This document shows positions 38,748 to 48,584 of a stretch of 64,000 bases of DNA, in pieces. This DNA is from an uncultured virus (IMG/VR IMGVR_UViG_3300048028_000412). Its lineage: Duplodnaviria; Heunggongvirae; Uroviricota; Caudoviricetes. The number at the start of each line of letters is the position of its first letter. The stretch's first letter is position 1. The position numbers were made by a program, and so were the translations under genes. Location of the stretch: IMG/VR virus record IMGVR_UViG_3300048028_000412; one strand, given 5' to 3'. The notes beneath the pieces are model-generated. The model saw only the letters and a program-made list of their open reading frames with translations, was not told where the DNA came from and ran no database searches.

Positions 38748-39665
38748 TTATGCTTCAATGTTTATTCTTTTTGCCTTGACTATTGTATTAACGTAATACG
38801 GTGTAACAATTAACTCAAATTGCTCATCTTGTATCCGCGCATCAATTATTCCTAAATCAGAGTCAGTTTGCAGCACGCCATATTCAGTCATATAAACATT
38901 AGTATTATCATGTGTAAATAAAACTTCAGAAGAATAATACTTATTGTTATCAGTTTCATGAAGCGATATTAAATATTTAAGTGACCTATATTGGTCTGCA
39001 GAAAAAGTATCAACTACATAGTCAGCAGTAGTTAATCCTGGTTCTGGCATATCTGCATCTAATTCAAATAAAGACGCTCCTTTAGCCCTCTCCAAAACAT
39101 ATGCCGAATCAAAAAAGTTTTCTAATCCTGGCGCCGTCTGAGTAGAATCATAAATATAATTATCACCTCGAATCCAGTCATTAATTGTGTCAATAGTTCT
39201 GGCTGAATCAAATTTAGATAAAGGAACTAATTGGCTTGAATCCACTGGCTGGCCAGGAACAGGTGCGGGCCCTACAGAAAGTGTTCCACCGCCTCCATCT
39301 GCTAGGACGGTTCCTCCTAAGAAGATTGTCTCACCAGCTAGAAATAATTCTTTAAATCTTTTTGTAGGAGAACCTAAATTGTAAGCAATGTCAGTATCAG
39401 GTACCATATTACCGGTAACAATAGTACCACCAGAATCTACATTATCAGTGATTCCTGACAAAACAATATTTGTAGGCTTATTAGTGAGGTTTTCATAGTT
39501 TCGATAAAACCCCGGAGAATCTCCACCTAAGGTAGCCGCGTCATAAAAAACCTGATCAACAGATTTTATAGGAGTACCAACCATCACCTTTTTTACAATG
39601 GTAGTGCTTTCAGATACTCTTATCTCGGGGTTTTGATTTACCTTTACTACATATTTGTCAGACAT
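38748..39665 (-). CDS. Virion structural/fibre-associated protein
   Basis: YNLGSPTKRFKELFL; C-terminal YRSLKY..SE..HD...YMTEYG domain. Confidence 0.6.
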   Translation of the reverse strand: MSDKYVVKVNQNPEIRVSESTTIVKKVMVGTPIKSVDQVFYDAATLGGDSPGFYRNYENLTNKPTNIVLSGITDNVDSGGTIVTGNMVPDTDIAYNLGSPTKRFKELFLAGETIFLGGTVLADGGGGTLSVGPAPVPGQPVDSSQLVPLSKFDSARTIDTINDWIRGDNYIYDSTQTAPGLENFFDSAYVLERAKGASLFELDADMPEPGLTTADYVVDTFSADQYRSLKYLISLHETDNNKYYSSEVLFTHDNTNVYMTEYGVLQTDSDLGIIDARIQDEQFELIVTPYYVNTIVKAKRINIEA

Positions 39666-39669
39666 TCAC

Positions 39670-40023
39670 TCACCTAGTTACAGAAGGAGTCACTTGGGCT
39701 CTTCCTTCTAATATCCGCTCGATAATTGTATTATTGTCTGAATCCTGATATTGTAGCTCCACATCATAAACATAGCGACCGGCTTTCAATGCATCTGTTT
39801 GAGTGTTTGAAAGACTTAAAGTAATTTTGCCATCAGTAGCAGGGGTAGCTACAATACCTGTAAAGTCTACCGTGTCTGCACTATCACTGTTATAGGATTT
39901 TTTGAGTTTAGCGGATACTGTATGATTAGTCAGGTCCTTTGTCGAACCATCTAATGCAACTAGATGTACTTCTATTGCTACATCGGCCCCTTGGTCGATG
40001 GTAAATTCTTCATACTGGGCCAT
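39670..40023 (-). CDS. Conserved Ig-like virion adaptor (BppU-like)
   Basis: IDQGAD..ITLSL...T..LKAGRYVYDVE..RILEG...VTPSVT. Confidence 0.65.
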   Translation of the reverse strand: MAQYEEFTIDQGADVAIEVHLVALDGSTKDLTNHTVSAKLKKSYNSDSADTVDFTGIVATPATDGKITLSLSNTQTDALKAGRYVYDVELQYQDSDNNTIIERILEGRAQVTPSVTR

Positions 40024-40081
40024 AGAATTCCTCGCTGATTCATTTGTCGGTACACTATCGCACCCTGCCGCTATTTGATGT

Positions 40082-40089
40082 TATTTATA
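40082..40089 (-). promoter_or_regulatory. T4-type late promoter
   Basis: TATAAATA in intergenic gap. Confidence 0.8.
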
Positions 40090-40093
40090 CTTT

Positions 40094-40558
40094 TTAAATG
40101 TTGAAGGGTCTAACTATTTTAAAATGAGTACCTAACGTTTCTAAGGTTAACTCAGTGCCACAATATCTTAACCAATATGCTAAAAATGTTCTGTTATCGA
40201 AAAAAGGTACAGCTGCTTCTATATTAGAGCATTTAGTCTGCCAAACATTATTTACAAAAATAGAAACCATTATGTCATCTTTTTTAGTAAACAAAACATC
40301 GTAATTTTGAGCTGCATTTATCGAATATTCAATACTAGTATATCCATACTGCTCTTCTACAGTAGCGCCTCTGATAAAAGATTGCATGACATCTCTAAAT
40401 CCATCGACTGTGGTAGCACCCGATCTTTCAAATTCCTTTTTCATATTTTGTGTATTATTAAACCTCTCCTCAAGCCTTATAAAAAAATCAATCATAGTAT
40501 GATCAAAATTTGTACTTGGGGTATTTAAAAAATTATTAACGTCATTCTCTAAAGACAT
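40094..40558 (-). CDS. Hypothetical protein
   Basis: 154 aa ORF in operon context; no motif recognised. Confidence 0.65.
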   Translation of the reverse strand: MSLENDVNNFLNTPSTNFDHTMIDFFIRLEERFNNTQNMKKEFERSGATTVDGFRDVMQSFIRGATVEEQYGYTSIEYSINAAQNYDVLFTKKDDIMVSIFVNNVWQTKCSNIEAAVPFFDNRTFLAYWLRYCGTELTLETLGTHFKIVRPFNI

Positions 40559-40568
40559 TATCTACCTA

Positions 40569-42320
40569 CTATGCTTGGTTAAAAGAAAACTCTACTGTAA
40601 CATCTTGTCCTGTGTCTCCACTAGCAAATCTATCCCCAGTATAAGTAACTGGACCTGATACACTTGAGGAAGAGGATGTTGCAGCATCTCTAAAGATATA
40701 CGTATGAACTTCCGGAGACCATACGTAACTTTGTAGTGTATAAGAATCACTAGTATGAGAGCTTAAAGGAAAAGTAAAAATCCCTTCTTTATTAGACCAC
40801 TTAAGTTTAAAAACAATGTTACCTAAAGCGTTGGGTTTAAGTGTCGGTTGTGATTGCCGGCCTCCAATCATTTCTCCAGAAGATGTGTACCCTCCATTAG
40901 AATTTTCATTGTAAAGGTTTATAAAAAAATAAAAACTCGCGCCGGTGACCCAGGTGGTAGGGTTTGTTCCGGAAGGTACGCTGGTACTTTGAGATAAATT
41001 TACTCTATTAGTAATTGCAAATAAGTTTATTTCCGGTCTCCACCCCTCATATATTCCTGCTCCTGATCCTAATCTAGGCAACTGAGATTGATAGTTTTCT
41101 CTATACGGTATAATAGTTTTAACTGCAAGTACATCAGTTGTAGAGGTATCAAATCTAATAGTGCGAGATCCATTATATTTCATGGAATATATGTCTGATG
41201 ATGTTGTATTAGTAATTTTCATAGGAGTTTGTCCTAAGAATCCCCAAGGATCAGGATTATCAGCTGGATAGAATGTATACGGGTAATTACCTACTGGAAT
41301 GCCTCCAGAAGCTGCTCCATAAAACTCAGAAAAACTAGATTGCGCTTCAGAGGCTTTATTTATTAATGCTCTTACATCTTCATCATTTATAGTTACTGTA
41401 GTTTCGCCGACACCTTCATCTAAATACGCTATTATGACTGCTCCTGAGTGCCCCGAACCGCTATAGTTTGTACCACCTTCAGCGGCAACTCCCCCTCCAC
41501 CGGCACCATAAGCTAGCCCAGGCGAAGCTGACCCGGCCTGTCCGCTACTATGTTGAACGCCGCGACCTCCTTGGAAAGTATTAGATACTGCTACTTGGCC
41601 ATTTTTTAAAGTAAATTCATTAGGAAAAGCTGGTGCAGATGAGTATTGACCAAAGTGCGGACCTCCAGCCCCTCCGATCTCTATACCATTTAATCCAGAC
41701 ACAGATTGACCAACTAAGTTTGCAGAACCTCCACCTTTTGCGCCTGATCCATCACCACCTCTAGTTAAAAGAGTGGATCCTCCACCAGTATAATTATCCA
41801 TACCGCCTGATCCAACTCCTCCGTTACTCTCATGAGCATAACCCCAACCATTTACATAAACATCGCTGTTGTCACCGTTAGCTGGATCTGTAGCAGATCC
41901 ATAACCACGCTCTCCTCCAGATGCGCTAATAGTTGTTCCAACATTAGGATCAAAAGTTGTAGTACCACCAGACCGGCCTGATCTTCTACCTCCACCACCG
42001 GCGGCAGATACACTAGCACCTCCAGAACCAATAGTAGCAGAAAAACTTGATATACCAGAAGATCTATAATAAGTTCTTACTGCAGTACCTCCAGCACCGC
42101 CTCCTGTAGCAACCTTTTCTCTACCGGCATCTGTACTAGCTGCCCCACCACTACCGCCACCTCCAATAGCAAAGACTTTAATGGACGTCCAATCATTATT
42201 AGTTCTTAAGTTATAAGAGCCGCTACCAGAGAATATTCCAACCGCTACCGCACCAGTAAATCCTGCTGCTTCTTGATGTATGTTATTAAGAGAGATAGGT
42301 CCAGATTCTTGTAAAGCCAT
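40569..42320 (-). CDS. Fibre-tip adhesin with glycine-rich domain
   Basis: MALQESGPISL N-terminus, AIGGGGSGG, GGGAGG, GAVIIAY. Confidence 0.7.
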   Translation of the reverse strand: MALQESGPISLNNIHQEAAGFTGAVAVGIFSGSGSYNLRTNNDWTSIKVFAIGGGGSGGAASTDAGREKVATGGGAGGTAVRTYYRSSGISSFSATIGSGGASVSAAGGGGRRSGRSGGTTTFDPNVGTTISASGGERGYGSATDPANGDNSDVYVNGWGYAHESNGGVGSGGMDNYTGGGSTLLTRGGDGSGAKGGGSANLVGQSVSGLNGIEIGGAGGPHFGQYSSAPAFPNEFTLKNGQVAVSNTFQGGRGVQHSSGQAGSASPGLAYGAGGGGVAAEGGTNYSGSGHSGAVIIAYLDEGVGETTVTINDEDVRALINKASEAQSSFSEFYGAASGGIPVGNYPYTFYPADNPDPWGFLGQTPMKITNTTSSDIYSMKYNGSRTIRFDTSTTDVLAVKTIIPYRENYQSQLPRLGSGAGIYEGWRPEINLFAITNRVNLSQSTSVPSGTNPTTWVTGASFYFFINLYNENSNGGYTSSGEMIGGRQSQPTLKPNALGNIVFKLKWSNKEGIFTFPLSSHTSDSYTLQSYVWSPEVHTYIFRDAATSSSSSVSGPVTYTGDRFASGDTGQDVTVEFSFNQA

Positions 42321-42664
42321 TACACATACCTCATATATTCTTCATCTGAATCCCAAACTCTACTCAACGCCCAAGAAGTAGACGAACTATCCCAGATATA
42401 ATCTTCTGTTGCTGTTCCCGGATAAGCAACAGGAGCAATATACTCATAAGTAGATGAATCTAATATATAGCCCCCTACCGGAGAGGTTGCCCAATATACA
42501 GCTTGTAAGTTAGTATCATAATACTTACCTATTTCAGCTGATCCTTGTACATCAGAGTCTAAGACTGCCCAATCTATAAAAGATGCAACAGATCCTAAAG
42601 AATCTACAGCAATAATATTTTCAATAATATTAGTATGAGTGTTAATAACTAAAGCGGTTTTCAC
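42320..42664 (-). CDS. Putative tail fibre assembly protein
   Basis: IENII.V..IG.YYD..PVAYP...Y.WD....W; resembles 19766-20125; 5 DS in 114 aa. Confidence 0.55.
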   Translation of the reverse strand: MKTALVINTHTNIIENIIAVDSLGSVASFIDWAVLDSDVQGSAEIGKYYDTNLQAVYWATSPVGGYILDSSTYEYIAPVAYPGTATEDYIWDSSSTSWALSRVWDSDEEYMRYV

Positions 42665-42665
42665 G

Positions 42666-45600
42666 TTATCTACCTTGCAATTCTTTTTTTAGTTTATCTA
42701 TCTGAACTTGTTGATCTTTAATAGCTTCAATTAGTAAAGGAACTATTCTTTCATATCTAACCGTCAGGTAATCTTCACCTGACTTAGAGTTACCATCTTC
42801 ATCTGTATCAAATGGAGCTGAAGTTACAGCATCCGGAATTACTTTTTGGATTTCTTGAGCAATAACACCATGTTCATCTTTTGATTCCGGAGTAAAGCCT
42901 ACAGCTGTTGCAGCTTCCTCGTTCCAGGTATAACTATAACCACCAATGCTTTTTAATTTTCTAATAGGATCAGAAATAACTGCTATATTTTCTTTTAATC
43001 TCTCATCTGAAGAATAAGCTGTAATATTACCTGTAGCAGAGAAAGAACCGGTATATGAGCCGGACATTTTTACTTCATCGGCTGCTACAGTAATACCATT
43101 TCCTGCTCCTACATTAATAGTTCTATTAATGTTTAGTGTGCCTCCGCCGGTTAATCCATTACCGGCAGTAACTCCTGTATTAGTCGTAAACGTTAAATCA
43201 AACGGATCTGTATTAGAACCTGGATTAGTGTCCGTCCAGATAATCCTAACTCCGCCGCCTTCTTTAAATTTCCACTCTTTATCGTGTGAAATAGTAACTT
43301 CAGTACCATCATGATCTTCAACTTGAAATGTAGTTAATTTGTTTGTGTCCGTTACAGTTTCTGCGGCAGTACTAATACTAGTAACATGTCCATATGTATC
43401 TAACATAATATCTTGAATATATGTTCTACCACTATTATTCGAAGATCCTTGGCTGGATGTATCTGTGTGACTGATAGTCATTCTGTCACTAGCAGCATCA
43501 GAAGCAAGAGTAATACCTCCTCCTGCTCTAATATAGAAAACATCATCATTAACACCCGCTGTAATAACGTCTAGATCATCACCGTTAGCTGCTTCCGGTA
43601 TAATTCTTTTAAATATACTCTGAAGAGAACCTCTATCTGCATTAGTAAAAGTAAGCTGATCATCAGCTGTCTTTTCTATTTGCATCCCCGTCCCTTGCTC
43701 AAAATGCAAGGTGTCACCAGAAGTTATAGTACCTGTTTCGGTTCCATTACCTTCTAAAAACGTCCATGAAACATAGTTATCAAAAGTGCCTAGTGCAGGA
43801 ATCGTAACTGTTTTTGTATTAACACCTGTAACATGCCCTCTTGCGTTTGAAGTAAGACTGTCAATAGCCGTAAACGTACCTCCAAATGCAGGAGCACTTG
43901 CATTAGTTGTATTAGTTCTTGTTATATTATCATGGTCGATAGTTAATGTTTGATTAGTACTCTGATTAGTTGTAAATGTCCTATCTGTTTCATCAAAGTG
44001 AAGGTCACTGCCAGCTGCTAATGTAATAGTAGCATCACCTACAGTCACTGAACCCGAAACTATATCAGTAATGTGACCGTATGTGTCTAAAGAGATATCT
44101 TGAATAAAGCTGTTGCCTGTATTATTAACTGATCCTTGAGAAGAAGTGTCGGTATGAGCAAATTCACCTGTAGAGCTATTATATGATAATCCCCCGCCCG
44201 CATTTAACCAACCAGCGGTTGCTACTCTTGTATAAACAGGGTCGTTACCTTCACCAACCTGCCAGTAATCATTAGCTTCATTCCACCTTAATTGTACGTT
44301 GGTACTATTACCTCTTTCAATCTCAATACCACCGTTCTGTGTTGGAGTATTAGCTGCATTAGAGTTAAGCAAAATAATATTGTCAGCAATAGCTACAGTC
44401 TCAGTGTTAACTGTAGTAGTGGTGCCAGATATTGTTAGATTTCCATCAATAACCGCATTACCAGTAACATCTAAGTTACGGCCTACAAATACATCTTGAC
44501 CTGTGGTAAGGTCTGTAGTTACAGTAACACTGCTTGGTAAACCCACGGTGGCAGAAGATCCTTCACCTGGTGTGTGACTTACTTCTATTTCATTGGCAGT
44601 ACCTGAGATACCAGACATATAATTACCGGTAGTTTCAGTACCTAGAATTACACCATTATCTTTAATGGTAACAACTCCGTTAGATACAGAGAAGTTATCA
44701 GTACTAAATGAAGCTACACCTTTATTAGTGCTTGTCGCAAGCTCTGCTGATATAGTTACTTTATTATTAGTTACTGCAGCGTTAATACCTTCACCTTCAG
44801 AAAACCTAAGTTTGTCATTTAAAAGATCAACTGCATCAGAATCTAAACTATCATCGCTTATAGTAAGTGTAGTAGCAATACTTACCGGAGTTACGTTAGT
44901 AAGTCTACCTTTACCATCTACAGTAAATGATGGAATAGAAGTTGTAGATCCATATGAACCAGCTGTTACTGTTGTATCATCTAATACAAAATCAAGAGTG
45001 CCATCTCCGTCTTGATATGTGACTGTAATATCTGTTTCAGTATTACCGGTAACCATGGCGCCAACCATGTCCTGAATAGCTTCATCGCTAATAGTGATAG
45101 TAGCTCCAGTGGTAAAATCAGTAGTGTCTAGATTAGCGTATGCAACTAATCGGCTTGGAGTTGCAGCGTTGTTATAAGACGCTTCCCAATAATCGCTAGT
45201 TTCATTCCATTGGATTACGGCGCTATCTTGTGTACCTCTATCAATGGAAATACCAGCATTGGCCGAAGGAGCTCCAGTTGTACCATCTAAAAGTTCAACA
45301 AAAGCTGAAGCCAATTTTTGCGCGCCAGTTATAATAAAATCACCGCCGACTGTAAAGTTTCCACCTATTCCAAGATCATTAGTTATAGTAACATTATTAG
45401 GTAAACCTACGGTCACTGTCCCGTTAGTTCTAGAAACCTCTACTTCATTAGTTGTTCCGTCTATTCCTAAAACCGCGCCGGTTGTAAGGTTAGCCAGGGT
45501 TACATTGCCATTAGATACAGCAAAATCTCCGTTATCAAACTTGGCAACACCTATATTAGTATCAGACGCAAGTTCTCCGGCAATAGTAATAGTATTATTT

Positions 45601-46694
45601 GCTACAGTAGTATTAATACCTTCACCTGCAGCCAGGGTAAGTGTTTCTCCTAAATTAACGGCATTAGTAGTACCGGCTTCTGATGCTATGTTAATAAAAC
45701 TATTATCAATTTGGTTATTGCCAATTGAATTAATAGTAACAACACCAGTATTAACGTCAAAGTCGCTTGAAGAAAATGATGCAATACCTATATTGCTATT
45801 GGTAGCATGTTCCCCGGCTATAGTAATTTGGTTATTTGATACGGTTGTATTAATACCTTCTCCAGCAGAGAAAGTAATAGTATTACCTAGTGATATTTCG
45901 TCAGTTGTCCCGCTCTCAGCCGCAATTTTTAATGCCCATCCAGTTGATGTTGCATTACCAGTGATATCTAAGTCTCCACCAATATCAAAATTGCCTGTAA
46001 TATAGGCACTATCTTCTACTGTAAGGGCATCAGTCATTAAGGTGGGAGCATTAACGGTCAGCTGGCCGTCAATAGTAGTTACATCTAATGTAGTAACACC
46101 ATCTACGTCTAGGTTACCTACGACAGCAGCATTATTTGCAATTGTAGCAGAATCCGCTAATAGATTATCAGTATTTAATGTGCCATCAAAATAACCGTGT
46201 CTCCACTGCTGCGTGGAGCTACCTAAATCAAATGCATTAGTTGTGTTCGGAATAACATTCGAGTTAATATCTGCATCAAATACAACGTTATCGGTATTAT
46301 CATCACCTAATGTAACAGTACCAGATGAGCCAGCTTTCATATTCACTACGCCGTCAACGGTAAGAGTGCCATCTATTTGAAGGTTACCTCCAATGTCAAC
46401 ATTACTTTGCATGTAAACATCACCGGCAAATATATTATCATACGTGCTATCAAATGCTCTAATACGTGGAGTAACTACTTCAATAATATCAGCAGAATCG
46501 AGTCTTGCTTCATGCTCCTTCAAAGCTTCAGCTACTGTAGGATAAGTTCCAGTAAATGTGCTTCTTCCGGCTGTCTGATTTACATTAGTAAGACTGACAC
46601 TTCCTACTGAGTCGATAAGTTGGTTAAACCTAAGACGCTGCGTGTTAATAGTATCTGTGGCTAGATTAACTTTTCCTATTTTAGCATTAGGCAT
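42666..46694 (-). CDS. Long tail fibre with C-terminal S74 intramolecular chaperone
   Basis: YSSDERLKENI..GVIAQE..VRYERIVPLLIEAIK; fibre repeats shared with 34943-38383. Confidence 0.88.
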   Translation of the reverse strand: MPNAKIGKVNLATDTINTQRLRFNQLIDSVGSVSLTNVNQTAGRSTFTGTYPTVAEALKEHEARLDSADIIEVVTPRIRAFDSTYDNIFAGDVYMQSNVDIGGNLQIDGTLTVDGVVNMKAGSSGTVTLGDDNTDNVVFDADINSNVIPNTTNAFDLGSSTQQWRHGYFDGTLNTDNLLADSATIANNAAVVGNLDVDGVTTLDVTTIDGQLTVNAPTLMTDALTVEDSAYITGNFDIGGDLDITGNATSTGWALKIAAESGTTDEISLGNTITFSAGEGINTTVSNNQITIAGEHATNSNIGIASFSSSDFDVNTGVVTINSIGNNQIDNSFINIASEAGTTNAVNLGETLTLAAGEGINTTVANNTITIAGELASDTNIGVAKFDNGDFAVSNGNVTLANLTTGAVLGIDGTTNEVEVSRTNGTVTVGLPNNVTITNDLGIGGNFTVGGDFIITGAQKLASAFVELLDGTTGAPSANAGISIDRGTQDSAVIQWNETSDYWEASYNNAATPSRLVAYANLDTTDFTTGATITISDEAIQDMVGAMVTGNTETDITVTYQDGDGTLDFVLDDTTVTAGSYGSTTSIPSFTVDGKGRLTNVTPVSIATTLTISDDSLDSDAVDLLNDKLRFSEGEGINAAVTNNKVTISAELATSTNKGVASFSTDNFSVSNGVVTIKDNGVILGTETTGNYMSGISGTANEIEVSHTPGEGSSATVGLPSSVTVTTDLTTGQDVFVGRNLDVTGNAVIDGNLTISGTTTTVNTETVAIADNIILLNSNAANTPTQNGGIEIERGNSTNVQLRWNEANDYWQVGEGNDPVYTRVATAGWLNAGGGLSYNSSTGEFAHTDTSSQGSVNNTGNSFIQDISLDTYGHITDIVSGSVTVGDATITLAAGSDLHFDETDRTFTTNQSTNQTLTIDHDNITRTNTTNASAPAFGGTFTAIDSLTSNARGHVTGVNTKTVTIPALGTFDNYVSWTFLEGNGTETGTITSGDTLHFEQGTGMQIEKTADDQLTFTNADRGSLQSIFKRIIPEAANGDDLDVITAGVNDDVFYIRAGGGITLASDAASDRMTISHTDTSSQGSSNNSGRTYIQDIMLDTYGHVTSISTAAETVTDTNKLTTFQVEDHDGTEVTISHDKEWKFKEGGGVRIIWTDTNPGSNTDPFDLTFTTNTGVTAGNGLTGGGTLNINRTINVGAGNGITVAADEVKMSGSYTGSFSATGNITAYSSDERLKENIAVISDPIRKLKSIGGYSYTWNEEAATAVGFTPESKDEHGVIAQEIQKVIPDAVTSAPFDTDEDGNSKSGEDYLTVRYERIVPLLIEAIKDQQVQIDKLKKELQGR

Positions 46695-46902
46695 TTGCGA
46701 AACTTTCTGTTAATTTTTGTAGCATCATCTTTATATCCTGTACGTCTGATTTTAGAGCTTCAATCTCTTGGCGCTGCTGTAATTCACGATCTCTTTTTTC
46801 AATAAACGCATTAGTATTATCTTTATTTATATTCAAAATCATACCAGTACTTTTATCTCTTGCAAGATCTGGATAACCATCTACAGAAATATAACCACTC
46901 AT
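46687..46902 (-). CDS. Small conserved coiled-coil protein following the VrlC-like locus
   Basis: VDGYPDLARD..TG.ILN..EIEALK..V.DIK. Confidence 0.7.
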   Translation of the reverse strand: MSGYISVDGYPDLARDKSTGMILNINKDNTNAFIEKRDRELQQRQEIEALKSDVQDIKMMLQKLTESFANA

Positions 46903-48560
46903 TATACAGTTGCAATAGTTCTAAGATTTTTAAATAGCGGAATATGAGTAGATTTACTACTGTTCATTGTAATTTTAATCTGATATTTGCTAAATAAAGG
47001 TAAATCATACTTATTAAACTCATAGGTTCTTGGTATATTGTCTCTTGGCTGGTCTGCATAATTAGACACATCCGGAGTATTAATAGTCTTACTAAACTCT
47101 ACCCAATTATTAGCTTCAATATTGGTATCATCTCCACTTGTTCTATACCAAACAGAAAAATCACTGAATTGCGGCCTAATAGCATCTATTAGCACTCGCA
47201 ATGATGTTGCTGCAAGCTCAAGACTATAAACAATAGAAAGATGTTTTGCCGCCGTAGTTCCGCCGTTTGGTTCCGTTTCAAGAGTAAATGGTACAGTAGA
47301 GATAAGGTTTCTATTGGGAGTAGTTGTAGCAGCTTGGTAGTCAATAAAATTACTAGTAATACGCATTGCTGCAGCGTGCTCATTAATATAAGGAGACGTG
47401 TATTTATGTTGAGTAGTAAAGCCAACTCTAATTTTAGTAGAGGGATTACCTGAATTATGATCTGTTTCAGATTGCGCGCTAGCAATCACTGCCGGGTTTT
47501 TAAATCCTTGAACATAATTCTTTTTAATTCTAACATCTGCAATATTAGAATATGCGGTTTCATTACCACCGAAAGATTTAGATGCTAAAAAATCACCTAC
47601 TGCAAACATGTTTGTTTTAGGAGGAGTAACTGCAGGTAAAATTGTTTGAAACTGATCGACAACATATTGCTCAGTTGCTAGTACTCCAGCTCCGCCGGCT
47701 CTAATGGACGCAGTAGCATTAGCAGATCCACCACAATTAAATGTGTAACCATAAGGATCAGCCGCAGTAATAGTTTTAGTGCCATACAAATTAGATCCGG
47801 TTATGCCATTAATAGTATCACTGCTGTCAAATCCATTTGACCCTTTAGATAAGACTACTTTATCACCAACTTGAAATCCATGAGCAGGATGAACTACATC
47901 TACTAATTTACTTCCTGCCGTAAAAATAAAAGGGTCTGCCGGATATTTAGTGTTATCATCAATTAGTGTCTGTTCAGTTAATCTTTTTGCTGGTGGAGCG
48001 TCTGCGTGAAAAACGGCAAAACTATTTTGCTGAGTAAATTCAGCTCTGTAAACTTTATATGCTAAATCTTTCTCATTGTCTGGCCGCCAAGAAGTACCGT
48101 TTGATGACTCGTAAAATGCGCCGCGTTCAATGGTAGACGAAAAGAATTCTGTTGTCGAGTTAGTAAGATGTTCGCCGTTTTTACCTACCCAAATTTTATA
48201 CTGATCTGCAGAAGCGCCGGTACTAATAACAAGCGCAAGTAATGTATTACCTGCTATATAGACAGGCTCTCTAAAACTAAATTTAACTTCAGCAGCAGAG
48301 GCAAAGTTTGTATTAGCAGCCGCAGCAACAGTTGAGGCTGCAACCGTTACCTTTGTACCTTGAATAAATTTCTTAGCACTTGGCGCTCCTGATTCGGCAC
48401 AAGGTCTCAATTCAATAGAAACTGGCTGAGCAGAAGAGCCTGTTGGAGCTTGAGCAAAGAAAAGACCTACTCCAGTAAGAACTGATCCGACAGGCTCATC
48501 AACCACAAACGTCTGTGCTGATGGGTTGAGCTGTTCACTTAATTGTAATTTACCTGACAT
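46902..48560 (-). CDS. VrlC/DUF4815-like structural protein, C-terminal part
   Basis: AQTF.V, LTGV.LFF, F.F.EPVY, DL.YK.YRAEF, ends P.FKNLRTIATV. Confidence 0.75.
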   Translation of the reverse strand: MSGKLQLSEQLNPSAQTFVVDEPVGSVLTGVGLFFAQAPTGSSAQPVSIELRPCAESGAPSAKKFIQGTKVTVAASTVAAAANTNFASAAEVKFSFREPVYIAGNTLLALVISTGASADQYKIWVGKNGEHLTNSTTEFFSSTIERGAFYESSNGTSWRPDNEKDLAYKVYRAEFTQQNSFAVFHADAPPAKRLTEQTLIDDNTKYPADPFIFTAGSKLVDVVHPAHGFQVGDKVVLSKGSNGFDSSDTINGITGSNLYGTKTITAADPYGYTFNCGGSANATASIRAGGAGVLATEQYVVDQFQTILPAVTPPKTNMFAVGDFLASKSFGGNETAYSNIADVRIKKNYVQGFKNPAVIASAQSETDHNSGNPSTKIRVGFTTQHKYTSPYINEHAAAMRITSNFIDYQAATTTPNRNLISTVPFTLETEPNGGTTAAKHLSIVYSLELAATSLRVLIDAIRPQFSDFSVWYRTSGDDTNIEANNWVEFSKTINTPDVSNYADQPRDNIPRTYEFNKYDLPLFSKYQIKITMNSSKSTHIPLFKNLRTIATV

Positions 48561-48584
48561 TTAAATTTCTTTCTATATAGTAAG

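Noticed and set aside
16230..46694. Invertase/shufflon-type fibre switching
   Set aside because: All cassettes are in direct orientation with their own starts; no recombinase or inverted crossover sites seen
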